Below, piece after piece: positions 16,407 to 19,628 of a stretch of DNA of 19,628 bases. Under the pieces are notes generated by a model. The model did no database searches. It saw only the letters and a list, made by a program, of their open reading frames with translations, and was not told the DNA's origin. This DNA comes from an uncultured bacterium. GTDB lineage: Bacteria > JAJVIF01 > JAPKYR01. Both the position numbers and the translations under genes were made by a program. Location: positions 1 through 19,628 of the forward strand of contig CBDURU010000066.1 in NCBI GenBank assembly GCA_965369865.1, given 5' to 3'. Positions within the stretch are counted from its first letter, which is position 1, and each line of letters begins with the position of its first letter.

Positions 16407-18932
16407 ATGCAGGTAAAACTATCACTTGTATGCATTAGTCTTACGGTAATATTGTTTGCTTTTGGATGCTCAGGCGGTAACAATCCTGTTGAACCGGTAA
16501 ATCCCGGGCTGTCGGATTCTATTGCCAGTCTTCCGGAACATCTGGGAAGCCAGGCAGGCCGGAGCCTGTTGGGTTACTGGCTGGTGCGCATATCAGAAGA
16601 TCTCCAGACTATTGAGATTATTCCCCAGCGCGCGGTGGAGATGCACCTCAATGCTGTCGGACTGCTGGAAAACTTGTGCGACAATTGCCTGGTGATCCAA
16701 GATGTCAAATTCCTTCCCGACAACAGGATATCCGCAATGATGTTGATTCGGCACCCGTTCCCCGGAATTCCCAGTGTCACGATTTTTGATGTTCGAGGCA
16801 CAATTATTACGGGCAAAGGATACGATTTTCCTCATAGCGGGAAAAGCATAGCGTGGGGCGATAATGTTTCCCGCATGTTGAATTACGACGGTTACACCAG
16901 TCTTTTCAATCCCACTGAATTTCCACCGACACACCCACCGGCGTTTGGTTATATTCCCGGACACCTTGCAACCGGTGGCGACCTGTCAGCGACGCTTAAT
17001 CCATATATGGCGTTCGAAAAAGACAAGGAACGATGCATGTTTGAAACCACCGCAATGGCATGGAATTACATGGAGCTTTATGTCCCAAGCCATCCCATCG
17101 AATATGGGTACGCCGTTGATGTCTGCTGGCAACTGGTAGAGGAACCTGTAAATAACCCGGTCGAGGATTTCCCCCTTGATGCGAACAGCCTTGAGGCGTA
17201 CAGGGTCGATGTCCAGGTCGGTGACGGGATTGAGGTTGGCGGCGGTGGTGCTCAAATACATGTTAAAGTGTTCGACCATCAGGGTCTGGGCACCATAGAA
17301 TCCGTGACCGTTGAAGCGCCGGATTTTTACACGGGCGATGTCACGCTCAGTTATTCCTTAAGTGATCCGGGTGATGATCCAGACGATCCTCATGATGACT
17401 GGCACCTGTATACCGGGACTATTTCAAATGACTACGGCGCAGGTTTCGGTGAATACCCGGTATTGATACGGGTCGTTGACACGGAAGCCGACCAGAACCT
17501 CGGTCCCATAGACGCCTGGCAGGTTCATGTCCAGCAAATTAAGCGGGGCTGGGTGCGAACCTGGGGCGGGAAAATCGGTGATGTTGGCTACGATGTTGCC
17601 ATCAATTCCTCAGATACGATCTATGTCACCGGGAACTACGCCGACACGGTAGACTTTGACCCGGGATTGGGCATTGACGCACATGCCAGCCATTTAAACA
17701 TCAAAGGTGAGCCTACTGCGGATGTCTTCCTCAGCAGTTTTGATCCAACCGGAATTTTTCAATGGGTTCGCGTCTGGGGAGGAGATGCAGGTGAGTCCGG
17801 ATTCGATATAGCGATCGATGCCGCTGAAAATTTATATGTCACCGGGTATTTCATGAGCAGTGTTGATTTCGATCCCGGTGGTGGCGATGTACATTCTTCG
17901 AATGGTTTGGGGGATATTTTCCTGAGCAAGTTCGATTCATCGGGTAATTTTCAATGGGCACTTACCTGGGGAGGACCTTCCGTGGATACAGGATATCAGG
18001 TCGCAGTCGACGATTCCGGGGGGGTCTATGTCACGGGCTTCTTCCAGATGACTGCGGATTTCGACCCCGGTGCCGGAGTAGATTCTCATGACTCAAATGG
18101 TTCTATGGATGTTTATCTGGTCAAATTCGACTCCTCGGGTGCATTTCAGTGGGCACGTACCTGGGGCGGGGGTGGTTCGGATTCGGGTCAGTCAGTTGCC
18201 ACCGACAGCTCCGGTCAGGTTTATGTATCGGGATACTTCGAGGAAGGGGTGGACTTCGATCCGGGTCCCGGTACAGACCTCCATACCGTAAATGATGGCG
18301 CCGATGCCTTCCTCAGCGTGTTTGATTCATCCGGTTCATTCCTGAGAGCATACACATGGGGCGGTGAAAAGGGCGATTTTGGTGATGAAGTTACCGTGGA
18401 CGAAATGGACAATGCATATGTTGTCGGTACATTTAGCTGGTGGTTGGACCTGGACCCGACTGATGGAATAGATATCCATATCTCAGAAGGCGCCGGGGAC
18501 GGTTTCATCATCAAGTTCGATTCGGCAGGCGCTTTCCAATGGGCCAAATCCTGGGGTGGAGTATTGACCGATTACCCGCTCGGGATCGTACTTGATGGTT
18601 TTAACAATGCGTTTGTCACCGGCAAATTCCGTGATACCTCCAACTTCGATCCCGGCGGTGGATTTGATTACCATACTTCCTATGGTTTAAACGATGTTTT
18701 CCTGAGCAAGTTCGATACGTCCGGCAACTTCCTGTGGGCACGCACATGGGGAGGTTCGGAACATGATTACGGCAACGGTTTAGATACGGACAGCCTTGGA
18801 AACGCTTATGTGATCGGATATTTCAACGATGTTGTCGATTTCGATACCACCAGCAACGGGTTTGATCTACGCACTTCCAATGGATTGTCTGATACCTTCC
18901 TGTGCAAGTACCCTCCCGACGGTAACTGGTGA
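16407..18932 (+). CDS. Lipoprotein with a C-terminal SBBP-type seven-bladed beta-propeller
   Basis: Signal peptide with lipobox-like AFG-C21; seven ~63-aa repeats W.rtWGG...D.G..vavD...nvYVTGyF...vDFDPG; GAGG SD; TTGCTT-N16-TACAAT promoter at 16329-16356. Confidence 0.88.
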   Translation: MQVKLSLVCISLTVILFAFGCSGGNNPVEPVNPGLSDSIASLPEHLGSQAGRSLLGYWLVRISEDLQTIEIIPQRAVEMHLNAVGLLENLCDNCLVIQDVKFLPDNRISAMMLIRHPFPGIPSVTIFDVRGTIITGKGYDFPHSGKSIAWGDNVSRMLNYDGYTSLFNPTEFPPTHPPAFGYIPGHLATGGDLSATLNPYMAFEKDKERCMFETTAMAWNYMELYVPSHPIEYGYAVDVCWQLVEEPVNNPVEDFPLDANSLEAYRVDVQVGDGIEVGGGGAQIHVKVFDHQGLGTIESVTVEAPDFYTGDVTLSYSLSDPGDDPDDPHDDWHLYTGTISNDYGAGFGEYPVLIRVVDTEADQNLGPIDAWQVHVQQIKRGWVRTWGGKIGDVGYDVAINSSDTIYVTGNYADTVDFDPGLGIDAHASHLNIKGEPTADVFLSSFDPTGIFQWVRVWGGDAGESGFDIAIDAAENLYVTGYFMSSVDFDPGGGDVHSSNGLGDIFLSKFDSSGNFQWALTWGGPSVDTGYQVAVDDSGGVYVTGFFQMTADFDPGAGVDSHDSNGSMDVYLVKFDSSGAFQWARTWGGGGSDSGQSVATDSSGQVYVSGYFEEGVDFDPGPGTDLHTVNDGADAFLSVFDSSGSFLRAYTWGGEKGDFGDEVTVDEMDNAYVVGTFSWWLDLDPTDGIDIHISEGAGDGFIIKFDSAGAFQWAKSWGGVLTDYPLGIVLDGFNNAFVTGKFRDTSNFDPGGGFDYHTSYGLNDVFLSKFDTSGNFLWARTWGGSEHDYGNGLDTDSLGNAYVIGYFNDVVDFDTTSNGFDLRTSNGLSDTFLCKYPPDGNW

Positions 18933-19036
18933 TATTCTGACGTAAGCTCAGCCTGCAACTTCAATTGGACCCGGACCTGGACTCGCAACAAATCAAAATA
19001 GAAGTACAATAAATTACACATAAGAAATATATATAC

Positions 19037-19070
19037 AAAAAGCCCTTCTGAATTGTGTCAGAAGGGCTTT
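19037..19070. terminator. Bidirectional rho-independent terminator between the lipoprotein gene and tRNA-Trp
   Basis: AAAGCCCTTCTGA-ATTGTG-TCAGAAGGGCTTT, a perfect 13-bp stem with A/T flanks. Confidence 0.85.
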
Positions 19071-19080
19071 ATCTTCTGGA

Positions 19081-19156
19081 TGGTAGGCCAGGAAGGACTT
19101 GAACCCTCAACCTACGGTTTTGGAGACCGTCGCTCTGCCAGTTGAGCTACTGGCCT
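19081..19156 (-). tRNA. trnW: tRNA-Trp (CCA)
   Basis: 76-nt cloverleaf AGGCCAG-TA-GCTC...GAGC-G-ACGGT-CTCCAAA-ACCGT-...GAGGG-TTCAAGT-CCTTC-CTGGCCT-A-CCA; anticodon CCA; encoded CCA end. Confidence 0.98.
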
Positions 19157-19171
19157 GTGATACCAGAAAAT

Positions 19172-19200
19172 AATGTACGATTTTTTCACATGATCGTCAA
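19172..19200 (-). promoter_or_regulatory. Sigma70-type promoter of tRNA-Trp
   Basis: Minus strand TTGACG-N17-TACATT, ending 15 nt upstream of the tRNA. Confidence 0.7.
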
Positions 19201-19248
19201 CCCCCTGCTTCTAAATTCCATCTCTGGGTGATAATAATTTCCCCCGCA

Positions 19249-19601
19249 ACATCTCCATCCCGCGCGCCTTTAAAAATCTCCGTGTCGAACGTGCTTGTCG
19301 ACGTTTATTACTAATAATGACACCAAACGCGTGGCGTCGACAAGCAGAGATCGGGGACATCTCTTTTCGCCCGTCAAAAGCAGGTGTCCCCCTCAATCCT
19401 CAATATGTCCAATCAATTTTTTTTAATCTATTTAACACCCCTAAACCGCGTGGCGTCGACACGCTGAGTGAGACATCTCCATCCCCGCGCGCCTTTAAAA
19501 ATCTCCGTGTCGAACGTGCTTGTCGACGTATATTACTAATAATGACACTAAACGCGTGGCGTCGACAAGCAGAGATCGGGGACATCTCTTGAGGTTGTCC
19601 C
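19249..19601. repeat. Two ~117-bp near-identical direct repeats (19249-19365, 19473-19590) built from palindromic REP-like units
   Basis: The copies differ by one indel and two substitutions. Each has TGCTTGTCGACG...CGTCGACAAGCA inverted arms and ends in a GGGACA...TGTCCC hairpin. An extra partial unit lies at 19447-19461. Confidence 0.9.
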
Positions 19602-19628
19602 TTTTATAGTTGAAAATAGTGGGGTTCC

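Noticed and set aside
17547..18932. Diversity-generating retroelement TR/VR pair within the propeller repeats
   Set aside because: Repeat differences are not adenine-specific, all copies are in-frame coding blades, and there is no reverse transcriptase in the window.
19081..19156. Integrative element attached at tRNA-Trp
   Set aside because: No integrase and no duplicated tRNA 3' end seen in the window.
19211..19592. Short ORFs of 61-91 aa
   Set aside because: They are translations of the palindromic repeats, with no SD and no protein-like features.
19249..19601. CRISPR array
   Set aside because: Only two long (117-bp) units, no regular 25-45-bp repeat/spacer periodicity, and no cas genes.

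Overview
Bacterial chromosomal window from a lineage I cannot identify. Left end, minus strand: the str operon rpsL-rpsG-fusA and the first 18 codons of tuf. Right end: a stand-alone tRNA-Trp followed by a REP/MITE-like repeat cluster. Between them: a GT4 glycosyltransferase; an MNT-HEPN (MntA/HepT-type) toxin-antitoxin pair; a frameshifted 5' remnant of a second GT4 allele; a membrane-anchored His/Asp-rich SurA-like protein; system II cytochrome c maturation genes (ccsA/resC, ccsB/resB); a Tat-exported Cys-type formate dehydrogenase (alpha and membrane-anchored Fe-S beta, no gamma subunit) with two Rex-like operators upstream; an RNase Z-like MBL hydrolase; a zinc-ribbon protein with 11-mer helical repeats; and a lipoprotein with a 7-repeat SBBP-type beta-propeller. 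The best candidates for something new are the FDH/CcsAB/His-rich chaperone neighbourhood, a structured element between rpsL and rpsG, a natural S12 Pro90Gly variant, the GT allele scar around the TA module and the palindromic repeat family. All calls come from reading motifs by eye. No searches or folding computations were run.
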